A stretch of DNA of 64,000 nucleotides from a virus. The notes under the pieces are model-generated. The model did not search any database and was not told where the DNA came from. It saw only the letters and a list, made by a program, of their open reading frames with translations. Each line of letters starts with the position of its first letter. Position 1 is the stretch's first letter. Below, in pieces: positions 1 to 10,289 of the stretch. Position numbers and translations under genes: made by a program. The DNA is taken from the UHGV virus genome UHGV-0057547. One strand, written 5' to 3'.

Positions 1-2
1 AT

Positions 3-116
3 AGGAGTACGGCTCAAGTGATTGGAGTGGGTGAAATTCCCTTAAATGGAAGTGGGTTGCCCTTAACAGGTAATGCTGAAGGTGAAGAAATAGTCTACTC
101 TCATGTGAAAGCATGA
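3..116 (+). CDS. 3' end of an upstream gene (partial)
   Basis: Frame open from the window edge to TGA at 114-116; locally GC-richer than intergenic DNA. Confidence 0.25.
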   Translation, partial: RSTAQVIGVGEIPLNGSGLPLTGNAEGEEIVYSHVKA

Positions 117-327
117 GCAGTTCTTTGAAATTAAATGTTAAAAATTTAATAAAGAACGATATGTATGTAGCGAATACATATGAATATAAAGGAATCAGGC
201 TGATGGTAGTGGTCGCCAAACATTAAAAGTAGGTAGAAATAAAAAAGTAAGATTCAATGGTGAAGTTCAAGCAAAAGACCAAGAAGTACTTGTTTATGGT
301 GCTCCACACTTAAAAACAATAAGTGGA

Positions 328-3300
328 ATGGATGGTATAAAGCCACGACATTTATTATTAAATAATGCTCATAAATTAACTGCTGTTGAATGTCCAAATA
401 ATACAGAATTAATAAATATTCAGATTGATAACTGTTCTTATTTACAAAGATTGAATTTACAAGGTTGTAGTTCTTTAGGTAACTTAACATCTTCACAAGT
501 ACTTATAGTTGATGGATGTAATAATTTAAGATATTTAAATGCATATGGTACAATAATTACATCAATAAGAACTAATCAAGAAGGTGGAAACTTAGTTGAA
601 CTATATGTACCTAAAACTTTACAAACATTATCATTAAGAAATCAATATAGTTTAACAACTATAGGAATACCTAATGCTAATGTTCATGGTGATAGTAGAT
701 TATATGACCTTAGAAATAAAGCTAGTAATATAGCAACATTTTCATTAATAAATTGTCCTTTAGTTAATAGATTGACTTACAATTCATCATATAATATTAA
801 TAGTAATTTCTTTGATATACATGGGAATGAAAGAACTTCAAGTGAAATATCTTCTTTAACTTATGTTGGAAAATGGAGAAGGTTGATGGATTGGGGAAAT
901 GGATTAGCTAATGCTAGTGAGATTCATATAGAAAACAGTTGTCTTGATATTGAGGAAATGTCATTTAGAGGTAGTAGTAAATTAGAAAACTTAACATTAA
1001 GAAACTTACCTAATTTAAAGACGTTAATGATAGGAGCAAACTGTGCTGGTTATAGATGGAATACACAAAATAATAATTATGAATCAGATAGATATGATAC
1101 TTATGGTGAATTTAATTGGTCAGGATTAGTTATAAGAGATTGTCCTAATATAGAAGATTTTAGATTTCAAGAATTATTCCCATTCAATTGGAATGGTGGA
1201 TGGAATGGCAACTTAAGTTATCTTACATTTAAAGAAGGTACTAATTCTCTAAATCTTGCTGAAAAATTCCCTAATTTAAAAACATTTTTCTGTAATTTGG
1301 CGACTCAAAATATACATCAAATAATTTTACCTCAATCATTAACTTGTTTAAATACAAGTGCTTGGCAAACAAAACATGATGAAGGTTATCCACATGAAGT
1401 TAAATTAGAAAAATTTAATATAAATAGCGTTTATTTTGAAGGAGAACATACAGATGACTATGTAGGTATTGATTTAGGAAATCATTTAATGCATGATGTT
1501 AGAATAGTAGCACCTTATGCAACTGAATTAATAGGATTAAATATTAAAAATGAATGGGTTAATCCTATATTCCAAACATTTAAAGAAGATAATCATGAAA
1601 CAAGACCTTCATTAACACCTCAAGGTAAAATAGATTTATCTGAATTTAAATGGAAAAGAATATCAAACTGGTTTCAATACATTGACTTTACTAAAGGAAC
1701 TTGTGAAATAGTACAACCTACTAATTGGGATAGTTTCCTAAAAAACATTGAAAGAGCAAGTGGTATGTTCTATCGTTGCAAGAATCCTAATTTCACTTGG
1801 GAATTTGCAATGAAATTCTTTGGTAAAATGGCTGATACAAGTGATAAAAATACAATGTATAAATATGCACAATTAAAAGAACAAACTAGTTTTGAAGAAG
1901 ATGCTGTTGATATGATTTCTAATAAAGGAGCGTTTTATTATGATTATCAAGCTAAACCATTTGAAGGAACTAATTTAAAATATGTTAAATCTATACAGTT
2001 AACAGCAACAGATGGATGTTATGGCTTATTTTATGGTTGCGAAAGTATTATAAAAGTTGGAGATATAAGCATGACAGGAAATAATAACAACTGGTATGCT
2101 AATGAGAGTTTTTTCCAAGATGCAGTAAATCTTGAAGAAGTTGGAAACATTTATTCAACAAGAAATAAAGAAAATGGAACTACGACTAGTGCTCATGCAT
2201 TTTTTAGAAATTGTAAAAAATTAAGAAAAATAGGTAGAATTGATATGTCTGTATCAAATGGCAATTATATGTTTAATGAGTGTACTTCCTTAGTAGATGG
2301 AAGTATAGAACAATTACCATATACTGGAAAGATGACTAATGGTGCTTATATGTTTAGAAACACTAGATTTACAACAATTGAATTGGAAAATTTATCTAGT
2401 TTACAAAATGCTGATAATATGTTTTCTGCTAATCCTAATTTAAAAACAATTCATTTACCAAATATAGATAGAACAAGTCCTTTAAATAATTTGGCAAATA
2501 CATTTAATGGAGATAAGTCCTTAACAAAAATAACAATTGAAGGAGATACTTTACCAATTGGATTAAAAACTATGACTGGTACTTTTAATGGTTGTATTTC
2601 ATTAACTTCATTACCACCAATTCCTCAAGATTTTACATATGATATAAATATGCAATATTGTTGTTATAATTGTGATTCTTTAACTGATGATACGATTTAT
2701 AAAGTAATACCATACAGATGTACACATACTCAATACATGTATGGTTATTGTGATGGATTAATTAATCCAATAGTAGAAGTTAAATCTGATAGTGTTTATG
2801 CTAGACAAATGTTTGAATATTGTAAAAATATTAAAACATTAACAGTTAATTTTACAGGTAGATTATTAAGAACAAGTATGTATTTTGCTCAATATTGTAC
2901 AAATATGACTCAATTTAATATGAAGTTTCCCGATTCTTTATATATGCATGATTATTATGAAACTGGTGTTGCTCATTATAATATGTTACAATATTGTGAA
3001 AATTTATCTATTGTGAATTTAGACATGAGTAGTTTATCAAAGACTAATACTAGAAGTGATTTTGGTGGTATGTTTTATCAAGATAAACATATTACAGAAA
3101 TACATGGATTAGATTTAACATATTTAAAGAAAGTTGTACATCCATTAACATCTAATGGGCAAGACCACTACGATTGGCATAATGATTCTATCACATATGG
3201 TGGTTCATATGATGACTTAAGTGTGCTTGAATTAACTGGTAAACTAAATACAAGTTATAACTTTAGAAATATAACTACAATAACACATACTAAAGAAATA

Positions 3301-3456
3301 CTAAAACATCTTGATGTTGTTACTAATGAAACTTTAGGTTTAACTTATAATATTATGGATGCTATTAATGATGAATTAACTGAATATGTTGACCCTGAAT
3401 TAAAACAATTAGCCCTTACAGCAAGAGATAATGGATGGACTTTCGTAGTTGTATAG
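328..3456 (+). CDS. Tail fibre / receptor-binding protein with leucine-rich repeats (BspA-type LRR blocks in the C-terminal half)
   Basis: 1042-aa ORF. N-terminal LxxLxLxN-type repeats. Central and C-terminal repeated F.NC.SL..I.LP blocks typical of BspA-like LRRs. First gene of the plus-strand structural block. Confidence 0.55.
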   Translation: MDGIKPRHLLLNNAHKLTAVECPNNTELINIQIDNCSYLQRLNLQGCSSLGNLTSSQVLIVDGCNNLRYLNAYGTIITSIRTNQEGGNLVELYVPKTLQTLSLRNQYSLTTIGIPNANVHGDSRLYDLRNKASNIATFSLINCPLVNRLTYNSSYNINSNFFDIHGNERTSSEISSLTYVGKWRRLMDWGNGLANASEIHIENSCLDIEEMSFRGSSKLENLTLRNLPNLKTLMIGANCAGYRWNTQNNNYESDRYDTYGEFNWSGLVIRDCPNIEDFRFQELFPFNWNGGWNGNLSYLTFKEGTNSLNLAEKFPNLKTFFCNLATQNIHQIILPQSLTCLNTSAWQTKHDEGYPHEVKLEKFNINSVYFEGEHTDDYVGIDLGNHLMHDVRIVAPYATELIGLNIKNEWVNPIFQTFKEDNHETRPSLTPQGKIDLSEFKWKRISNWFQYIDFTKGTCEIVQPTNWDSFLKNIERASGMFYRCKNPNFTWEFAMKFFGKMADTSDKNTMYKYAQLKEQTSFEEDAVDMISNKGAFYYDYQAKPFEGTNLKYVKSIQLTATDGCYGLFYGCESIIKVGDISMTGNNNNWYANESFFQDAVNLEEVGNIYSTRNKENGTTTSAHAFFRNCKKLRKIGRIDMSVSNGNYMFNECTSLVDGSIEQLPYTGKMTNGAYMFRNTRFTTIELENLSSLQNADNMFSANPNLKTIHLPNIDRTSPLNNLANTFNGDKSLTKITIEGDTLPIGLKTMTGTFNGCISLTSLPPIPQDFTYDINMQYCCYNCDSLTDDTIYKVIPYRCTHTQYMYGYCDGLINPIVEVKSDSVYARQMFEYCKNIKTLTVNFTGRLLRTSMYFAQYCTNMTQFNMKFPDSLYMHDYYETGVAHYNMLQYCENLSIVNLDMSSLSKTNTRSDFGGMFYQDKHITEIHGLDLTYLKKVVHPLTSNGQDHYDWHNDSITYGGSYDDLSVLELTGKLNTSYNFRNITTITHTKEILKHLDVVTNETLGLTYNIMDAINDELTEYVDPELKQLALTARDNGWTFVVV

Positions 3457-3468
3457 GAGAGTGGTAAA

Positions 3469-4041
3469 ATGAAAATTTATGTAAATAATTTAGGAATAAC
3501 TTGTGTTGAACCTGATGAAGGTTATCTTCTTAAAAAAGGAGATATGATATGTAAAAAAGCATATTTAGGTATTAACGATAGAGCCGAATTATATGAACAA
3601 ATCGTTGATGAAAATTATGTTTATAAAGAAGAGGATGAAAAAGAAGAAGTAACGGAAACTTCTTCTTTGGATTCTATTAAAGCTGAATTAATTAAATTAA
3701 GTAAATCAAAATTAGCTACTTACTTAGAAGAACATCCATTATTTTCTAAAGCTAAATATAAGGAAGGTAGATATTATAATGTAGATAGTGACCATCAATC
3801 AAGAATTGCTTCACAATTATTATTGTATCAAGGTAACATATCACTGGGTTTAGAGTATCAATTAACATGGAATGATACAGGTAGTGTATGTGAAAATTGG
3901 ACTTTTGAAGAATTGTTTAAATTATCCAATGAAATAAATGCTTATATAAAACCAATAATAAAAAAACAACAAGAAATAGAAGTAGATATAAGAAATACTG
4001 AAACTAAAGAAGAATTAGATAAAATAGAAATAAAATATTAA
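3469..4041 (+). CDS. Hypothetical protein, possible tail-fibre accessory/chaperone
   Basis: 190-aa ORF with RBS GGAGAG, immediately downstream of the fibre gene. Acidic. Confidence 0.35.
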   Translation: MKIYVNNLGITCVEPDEGYLLKKGDMICKKAYLGINDRAELYEQIVDENYVYKEEDEKEEVTETSSLDSIKAELIKLSKSKLATYLEEHPLFSKAKYKEGRYYNVDSDHQSRIASQLLLYQGNISLGLEYQLTWNDTGSVCENWTFEELFKLSNEINAYIKPIIKKQQEIEVDIRNTETKEELDKIEIKY

Positions 4042-4062
4042 CGAGTGCAAAAGTCTTATTAT

Positions 4063-4100
4063 ACCTATGAGAGTAAATACTTTCATAGGTATTTTTTATT
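4063..4100 (+). terminator. Rho-independent terminator
   Basis: 8-bp stem ACCTATGA/TCATAGGT followed by ATTTTTTATT. Confidence 0.6.
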
Positions 4101-4997
4101 ATGGAAGGAGTGAAAAAAATGGATACAGAACATGGAAAAATTAATTTAGAAGAATGGGTAAATAAAGAAATTATCAAGGCTAATAAAATAAATAAATATA
4201 ACCAAAATATTGATAATTTATGGATACAAATAGAATATTTAGATTCACTAATTGGAGAAAATGTAGAATCTAATAAAATTATTTTCCATAGTGGATTAGA
4301 AGATGTTGGTGGTGATACAGTAGAAGATTTCTTAAATTATGTAAAAAATCAATTATGGTTATTAGGAAGTGCTCATATAGATATAAATAATTCCATTAAA
4401 ACAATTCAAACCAATTTTAATAATTTAGAAAATAAAAAATATAAAGCTACAGATGTAGAATTCAAAAAATATACATATGTAAATGTTGGAGATTTTTTAA
4501 ATTATTTAGACAATCAATTAACTGCAACTAATGATAAGGTTAAAACGAATGAAAAAAGTATAACAGCTACAAATACTAATGTATCAGAAAATGCCAATAG
4601 CATTACAGGTTTAAGAACTCAATTGAAAGGTATTAATACTTCTCTAGCTTCTATAAAACAAACTACTGATTCATTAAAAAATTTAACTGCTGATAAAATA
4701 ATCTTTGATAATAAAGATTATTCAAATATTATTAACGTTAATGATTTTTTAATTTTCTTAGATAATGCAATAAAAACTAATACAGGTAATATAGATATTA
4801 ATAAAGCAAATATTGAAAATGTTAAAAAAAGTTTAAATAATTTAAATGCTACTGAAGTAAAATATAATAATGAGAATTATTCTAATGTTAATGATTTTTT
4901 AAATTATTTAAATGAAAGTGTTCAAAATAATAAAAAAAATATAGATGAAATTTTAAAGAAAATAGAAGAAATTTCAAATAAATTAAACACTAATTAA
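4101..4997 (+). CDS. Asn/Lys-rich coiled-coil protein
   Basis: 298-aa ORF with RBS GGAAGGAG. Repeated DFLNYL-N-(Q/A/E) heptad-like blocks occur four times. Confidence 0.4.
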   Translation: MEGVKKMDTEHGKINLEEWVNKEIIKANKINKYNQNIDNLWIQIEYLDSLIGENVESNKIIFHSGLEDVGGDTVEDFLNYVKNQLWLLGSAHIDINNSIKTIQTNFNNLENKKYKATDVEFKKYTYVNVGDFLNYLDNQLTATNDKVKTNEKSITATNTNVSENANSITGLRTQLKGINTSLASIKQTTDSLKNLTADKIIFDNKDYSNIINVNDFLIFLDNAIKTNTGNIDINKANIENVKKSLNNLNATEVKYNNENYSNVNDFLNYLNESVQNNKKNIDEILKKIEEISNKLNTN

Positions 4998-5006
4998 TAT
5001 TAAATT

Positions 5007-5414
5007 TTGGTGATAATAATGAAAAATAATCTAATTAAAAATATGATATTATTTGTAATATTTGGTTTATTGTATTGTGGACTTGAAATATTATGGAGAG
5101 GATATACTCATCCATCTATGTTTATAGTAGGTGGTATATGTTGTTTACTAGTTGGATTGATTAATGAAATAACTCCTAATATGCCTATGTGGTTACAATG
5201 TTTATTGAGTGCTATTATTATAACAATAATAGAATTTTTCAGTGGTTGTATTCTTAATCTATGGTTAAATTTAGGTGTATGGAATTACACAAATATGCCA
5301 TTTAACTTATTAGGACAGGTGTGTTTACCTTTTTCAATGACATGGTTCTTCTTGTCATACATTGCCATAAAATTAGACGATTGGCTAAGAAGAATATTGT
5401 TTCATGAAGGGTAA
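5007..5414 (+). CDS. Small integral membrane protein (about 4 TM)
   Basis: 135-aa ORF with four hydrophobic segments. Possible holin-like or membrane accessory protein. Confidence 0.4.
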   Translation: MVIIMKNNLIKNMILFVIFGLLYCGLEILWRGYTHPSMFIVGGICCLLVGLINEITPNMPMWLQCLLSAIIITIIEFFSGCILNLWLNLGVWNYTNMPFNLLGQVCLPFSMTWFFLSYIAIKLDDWLRRILFHEG

Positions 5415-5446
5415 CTATTAATAAAAGTCTTATTATACTCATGTAA

Positions 5447-5488
5447 AGAGTTGTTTCTTTACATGAGTATTTTTATTTAAAATTAAGG
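5447..5488 (+). terminator. Rho-independent terminator
   Basis: 13-bp perfect stem ACTCATGTAAAGA/TCTTTACATGAGT with loop GTTGTT, then ATTTTTATTT. Confidence 0.7.
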
Positions 5489-5498
5489 AGATGATAAA

Positions 5499-5885
5499 AT
5501 GAGAGTAAATTTATCAATAGATAATAAAGATAAAGTTATTGAATTTCATTATAAAAAAGTGAAAGGGAATATTACAATTAAATTCATAGATGATGATACT
5601 GGTGAAGTTATAAAAACAAAAATATTATCTGATTTAGAACTTGGTACACATAATATAAAACCTACAGAAATAGAAGGATATAAGTTTGTAGGGGAAGAGA
5701 TTGTTGAAGAAACAGAAGATGAAGAAGAATATGAAGACTATGATGAAGATGAATTAGAATTAGATGATGAAGAATACGACGAAGAAATAGAAGAAGATGA
5801 CGACGAAATAGAAGAATTAGAAGATGATGAATTAGATTCTATTAAAAAATTTGTAGATGGATTAAGTGGAAAGGATGGGAAATAG
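5499..5885 (+). CDS. MucBP-like beta domain protein with poly-acidic C-terminal tail
   Basis: RBS AAGGAGATG. N-terminal ~70 aa resemble a MucBP-type fold (v.Y.d..G..i......G......P..I.GY). C-terminal 60 aa are almost entirely E/D/Y. Confidence 0.35.
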   Translation: MRVNLSIDNKDKVIEFHYKKVKGNITIKFIDDDTGEVIKTKILSDLELGTHNIKPTEIEGYKFVGEEIVEETEDEEEYEDYDEDELELDDEEYDEEIEEDDDEIEELEDDELDSIKKFVDGLSGKDGK

Positions 5886-6269
5886 ATGGATAATAAAGAG
5901 CTATTAGAACAATTAAAAAAATGCCTTAATATATGTGATAATTTAAAAGCTGAGAAAAAAGAATTAATGCAACAATTAGAAGAAACAAAACAAGAAAATG
6001 AACAATTATCTAAAACTTTAGTTGAAGCAAATAACGCAGTTGTTGAAACAATAGAAGTCTTAGGAAAAACAAATGAATCTATTATGGAATTTAAGGAAGG
6101 TGTTTTAAATTATCAAGCCTATGTAACAGTTTCTTTAGATAATATGTATAAAAAAGTTAACAGTATCATAGAAAATGAAGAAGTAAAAAAAGAAGATTTA
6201 AGTAACTTTAAAGCTGAAGTAGAAAATACAATAAAAGAATTAGAAGAATTAAATAAAGGATTAAGCTGA
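5886..6269 (+). CDS. Coiled-coil protein
   Basis: 127-aa ORF overlapping the previous stop (TAGATG). Heptad-rich. Confidence 0.35.
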   Translation: MDNKELLEQLKKCLNICDNLKAEKKELMQQLEETKQENEQLSKTLVEANNAVVETIEVLGKTNESIMEFKEGVLNYQAYVTVSLDNMYKKVNSIIENEEVKKEDLSNFKAEVENTIKELEELNKGLS

Positions 6270-6270
6270 G

Positions 6271-7224
6271 GTGAGTTTAATGGATAAAAAAGAAAAAGAA
6301 GATGATAAAAAAGTAGATGTACTTAGCAGTTCTTTATCAACAACAGTTAAAAAAAATTATACAATGGAACAAAGTAAGATTAAATTATTTTGGAATAAAG
6401 GAATTACTGGAGAAGGAATAAAAGTTGGAATAGTAGATACAGGTTTACAATTAGACCATCCTATGTATAATGGAAAAATATTATGTGGTAAAAATTTCTC
6501 TAATGATGGTAATTCTGAAAATGATTTATCTAGTAATCATTATCATGGAACTGCTGTAACATCTTTAGTATGTGGAGATTATATGAATTATCAAGCCTAT
6601 GGTATAGCACCTGATTGCAAAATTGTAATAGGTAAAGCTATGAATGATAAAGGTGTAGGTAATGCTACTAATATAGCTAATGCAATAACATATTGCGTAC
6701 AACAAGGAGTGGATATAATTAACTGTTCTTTAGGTTGTGTAGATGATACACAAGTATTAAGAAATGCTGTAAATTTAGCAGTTTCAAGTGGCATATCAAT
6801 AGTTTGTGCTAGTGGTAATGATGGTCATAATGATACAGATGGAAGTGTTAGGGAAGTAAGATACCCTGGTGCTTATGGTGAGAGTATTTGTGTAGGTGCA
6901 ATAGATATAAATTTTAAAGTAACTGATTTTAGTAATTCAAATGAATTTATTGATGTTGTAGCACCAGGACAAGATATATTATGTGCTTATCCTGGTGATA
7001 AATATGCTATAATAAGTGGAACTTCATTTGCCACACCTATAATAAGTGGGATGTTAGCATTACTTAAACAAAAATTTAGAGTAGACTTTAAAAGAGACCC
7101 AGTTGAATCAGAATTATATGGTATGCTATTAAAATATACTAGAGAAATTAAAGGTGTTTCAAGACAGCAACAAGGACATGGTTACATAGATTGTTCAATC
7201 AAACGCATAAAAACAATAAAATAG
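6271..7224 (+). CDS. Subtilisin-like serine protease (peptidase S8)
   Basis: Catalytic triad contexts GIVDTGL (Asp), HGTAVTS (His), GTSFATP (Ser). Confidence 0.8.
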   Translation: MSLMDKKEKEDDKKVDVLSSSLSTTVKKNYTMEQSKIKLFWNKGITGEGIKVGIVDTGLQLDHPMYNGKILCGKNFSNDGNSENDLSSNHYHGTAVTSLVCGDYMNYQAYGIAPDCKIVIGKAMNDKGVGNATNIANAITYCVQQGVDIINCSLGCVDDTQVLRNAVNLAVSSGISIVCASGNDGHNDTDGSVREVRYPGAYGESICVGAIDINFKVTDFSNSNEFIDVVAPGQDILCAYPGDKYAIISGTSFATPIISGMLALLKQKFRVDFKRDPVESELYGMLLKYTREIKGVSRQQQGHGYIDCSIKRIKTIK

Positions 7225-7258
7225 TTTACTTTTAATAATATTATTTGTATAATATAAA
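7225..7258 (+). promoter_or_regulatory. Plus-strand copy of the consensus promoter (TTTACT-N17-TATAAT)
   Basis: TTTACT at 7225-7230, 17-nt spacer, TATAAT at 7248-7253. Same family as the minus-strand repeats. Confidence 0.55.
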
Positions 7259-7289
7259 TATATTAATAATTATTAAAGGAGAGATATTA

Positions 7290-8249
7290 ATGAATGAAAA
7301 TAAATATTATGTTTATGAATGGATTAGATTAGATACAAATGAACCCTTTTATGTAGGAAAGGGATGTGGGAATAGATGGAAGGAATTATTAAATAGAAAT
7401 AATTGGTTTTTACGCATAGTTAATAAAATACCTTGTGTTGTTAATATATTACATGATAATTTAAAGGAACAAATGGCATATGATTTAGAAGTATGGTATA
7501 TAAGAGAATATAGAGATATAATAGGATATAATATGTGTAATATTTCTGATGGTGGAGAAGGTAGTGGATTATGTGGAGAAGCCAATGGTTTTTATGGTAA
7601 ACATCATACTGAAGAAACAAAACAAAAAATAGGTGAAAAATCAAAAGAAAGAAACCAAGGTGAACTTAATCCTTTTTATGGTAAACATCATAGTGAAGAA
7701 ACTAAACAAAAAATGCGTGGAAGAAAAAAATCTCAAGAAGAAATTGAAAAAATAAGAAAAGCAGTTATGGGGAAACAGTATTTTTATGAGAATAATCCTA
7801 AATCTAAAAAAATAATATGTCTTAATACATTAAAAGTATATAATTGTATTAAATTAGCCATAGATGAATTTGGAACAGAAGGTATTTATAATGTAGTTAG
7901 TGATAAATGTTCTCAAAAATCTATTGTATATAATAATGAAAATTATTATTTTATGTATTATGATGAATATTTAAATAGTTCAGAAGAAGAAATAAAAAAT
8001 AGAATGAATTCAAATAAAGATAAAAGAGTTATATGTCTTAACACATTGGAAGTATTTTCAACAATTAAAAGTGCTAAAGATAAATATAATATTTGTTCAA
8101 TAAGTGATTGTTGTAGAGGTAAAGCAAAATCTTGTGGTAAATTAAATGGTGAAAAATTAGTATGGATGTATTATAAAGATTATTTATTATTATCAGAAGA
8201 TGAAGTAGAATATAAAATAAAAACAGTAAACAAGAATTTACCTAAATAA
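7290..8249 (+). CDS. GIY-YIG homing endonuclease with NUMOD3-like repeats
   Basis: N-terminal YYVYEW...FYVGKG (GIY-YIG) motif. Two GKHH(T/S)EETKQK repeats. C-terminal C-C-x-G-K...G-x-K-W-x-Y module. RBS AAAGGAGAG before ATG 7290; the track ORF starts at 7245. Confidence 0.75.
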   Translation: MNENKYYVYEWIRLDTNEPFYVGKGCGNRWKELLNRNNWFLRIVNKIPCVVNILHDNLKEQMAYDLEVWYIREYRDIIGYNMCNISDGGEGSGLCGEANGFYGKHHTEETKQKIGEKSKERNQGELNPFYGKHHSEETKQKMRGRKKSQEEIEKIRKAVMGKQYFYENNPKSKKIICLNTLKVYNCIKLAIDEFGTEGIYNVVSDKCSQKSIVYNNENYYFMYYDEYLNSSEEEIKNRMNSNKDKRVICLNTLEVFSTIKSAKDKYNICSISDCCRGKAKSCGKLNGEKLVWMYYKDYLLLSEDEVEYKIKTVNKNLPK

Positions 8250-8279
8250 AATATTTATAAAATATAAGGTGGTGATAAA

Positions 8280-10187
8280 ATGCGAATCAAAAAAATTTAT
8301 TTCAATAGACTTTATAATCAATGGAAAGGTGAACCTTTATATGTAGAAGATGGTTTGAGAGATGATTGTTTATATGTAAGAATAATGGATGTTAAATATG
8401 AAGATGGTTCAATAAATGCAGTAACTGCTGATTTTAAAGATTTAAATGGTTATTCGTATTCTGTTTTAGGAGAAACAGATTATAAGAAAAAGTTGGCTAT
8501 ATTTAAAATACCTTTATCAATATTAAGCAATAATGGTGTTTATGAAGTAGGTTTTTCAATATCTTATAATTCTAAAGATACAAATAAAAATTATAAAAAG
8601 ACAGCTATCCAAACTTTTGAAATTGTAGATGCTATTGAATCAGATGATGAAGCTATCCAAAATGACCCTAAATATCCTATATTAACTGATTTAATTAATC
8701 AATTAGCAAATTATAAAATAGATATGACTGATTATCCTAAAAAAGAAGAAGTTGACAAAATAATAGATTTAAGATTTGATAATTTTCCAATTGATAAAAT
8801 AGTAGAAAAAATTCAAGAAGATGGATATATAACACAAGAAAAAGTAAATGAAATATTAAGAGATTATGTAAAGAAATTCGATTTAGGTGATTATGCTAAA
8901 AGAACTGATTTAAATAAATATGTTCCTTATATAACTTTTAATAATGCACTAGATAGATATATCTTAAAGAAAACAGTTGAAGATAATTATGTTTTAAAAG
9001 AAAATGGAAAACAATTATCTACTCATGATTTTACAGATGAATTATATGATAAATTAGTAGGTATTGATATAAATAATATTGAAGTTGATTTACATGAATA
9101 TCAAAAAATAATAGATAATAATTTAGATACAAATAATAAGGAAATAACTAAAGCTATAAATGAAGTAAATAAAAAGATACCAACTAAAACTAGTCAATTA
9201 AATAATGATAGCAATTATGTTGTCAGAAATGAATTGCATAATCATAATAATATGGATATATTAAATAATATTACATATTTTGATATAAATAGATGGAATA
9301 ATAAATCTGATTTTAGTGGTAGATATAATGACCTTGAAGGATTACCAAATATACCTTCAAAGACATCTGAATTAATTAATGATAGTAATTATGTTAATAA
9401 TAATTATGTACTTAAAAAAATAGCTGAGGCTAGTTTAAATAAAGATGTTGATTTGAGTGCTTATGCTACTAAAGATTTTGTAATTGATAACTTATCATCT
9501 GATGTTAAGAATTTGACGATAGTTAATTCAAGTGCTAAAGTTAGCCAAAATATTATAGATTATTTAAATGAAATTGTTAAATGTTTCCTAACTAATGATA
9601 CAATTAGAAATAATAAGATAAAATATTATTATATATTAAGAGGTAAAATAAATCCATTAGATGACGAATTTAAATTAAGTGTTAATGATGAATATTATAC
9701 TAATGTTTCTTATATTTCTATGTTAAATATAGAATGTAAAATATTAACAACGTTTTTATTTGCTAATGAAGGAATGATAAGATTAGAAACACCTGTCGAA
9801 GCAATTGTTGGTGGGGATGGAGTATATATAAATTTATCTATTACTGAATTAGGTAATGTTTATCTTAACAATAATAACAATAATATTGATATAGATGATA
9901 TTGTACAATCAATTATAAGTGATGATAGAAATAATTTATCTGAATTTAAAACATATTCAAATTCTATGATTGAAAATAGATTATTAGAAGTTAATGCTGA
10001 TATAACTGAAGTTTCAGATAATCTAAGTGGAGTTGGAAATAGAGTAAACTACTTGGAACAAAGAGAAACTTATTTTACTGAATCTTTGAATAATATTAAA
10101 AATTTACCTCAATTATCTTTTAATGATAATGGTGAATTAGTTGTAACTATTAATGGAGTTAGTAAAACTTTTATCCCTAAAGGATAG
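8280..10187 (+). CDS. Tail fibre / baseplate-associated receptor-binding protein
   Basis: 635 aa with RBS AAGGTGGTG. Repeated 'P(T/S)KTS(Q/E)L(N/I)NDSNYV' collagen-like fibre motifs. Asn-rich. Confidence 0.55.
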   Translation: MRIKKIYFNRLYNQWKGEPLYVEDGLRDDCLYVRIMDVKYEDGSINAVTADFKDLNGYSYSVLGETDYKKKLAIFKIPLSILSNNGVYEVGFSISYNSKDTNKNYKKTAIQTFEIVDAIESDDEAIQNDPKYPILTDLINQLANYKIDMTDYPKKEEVDKIIDLRFDNFPIDKIVEKIQEDGYITQEKVNEILRDYVKKFDLGDYAKRTDLNKYVPYITFNNALDRYILKKTVEDNYVLKENGKQLSTHDFTDELYDKLVGIDINNIEVDLHEYQKIIDNNLDTNNKEITKAINEVNKKIPTKTSQLNNDSNYVVRNELHNHNNMDILNNITYFDINRWNNKSDFSGRYNDLEGLPNIPSKTSELINDSNYVNNNYVLKKIAEASLNKDVDLSAYATKDFVIDNLSSDVKNLTIVNSSAKVSQNIIDYLNEIVKCFLTNDTIRNNKIKYYYILRGKINPLDDEFKLSVNDEYYTNVSYISMLNIECKILTTFLFANEGMIRLETPVEAIVGGDGVYINLSITELGNVYLNNNNNNIDIDDIVQSIISDDRNNLSEFKTYSNSMIENRLLEVNADITEVSDNLSGVGNRVNYLEQRETYFTESLNNIKNLPQLSFNDNGELVVTINGVSKTFIPKG

Positions 10188-10289
10188 TCTAAAAGTCTTA
10201 TTAAATAAGTGAAGAAATATAATATAAAATAAAAATAATTAGCATATAATAAATCTTTGAACATATTATATATCAAGGGGTGATGATAT

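Noticed and set aside
254-496. Antisense ORFs inside long genes (e.g. 254..496-, 6597..6794-, 7349..7644-, 10644..11168-, 15172..15921+, 18487..19182+, 35101..36310+, 39338..40729+, 44118..44540+, 55623..56033+, 61369..61812+)
   Set aside because: They are fully embedded in the opposite strand of well-supported genes, lack RBSs, and show low-complexity AT-codon translation typical of shadow ORFs.
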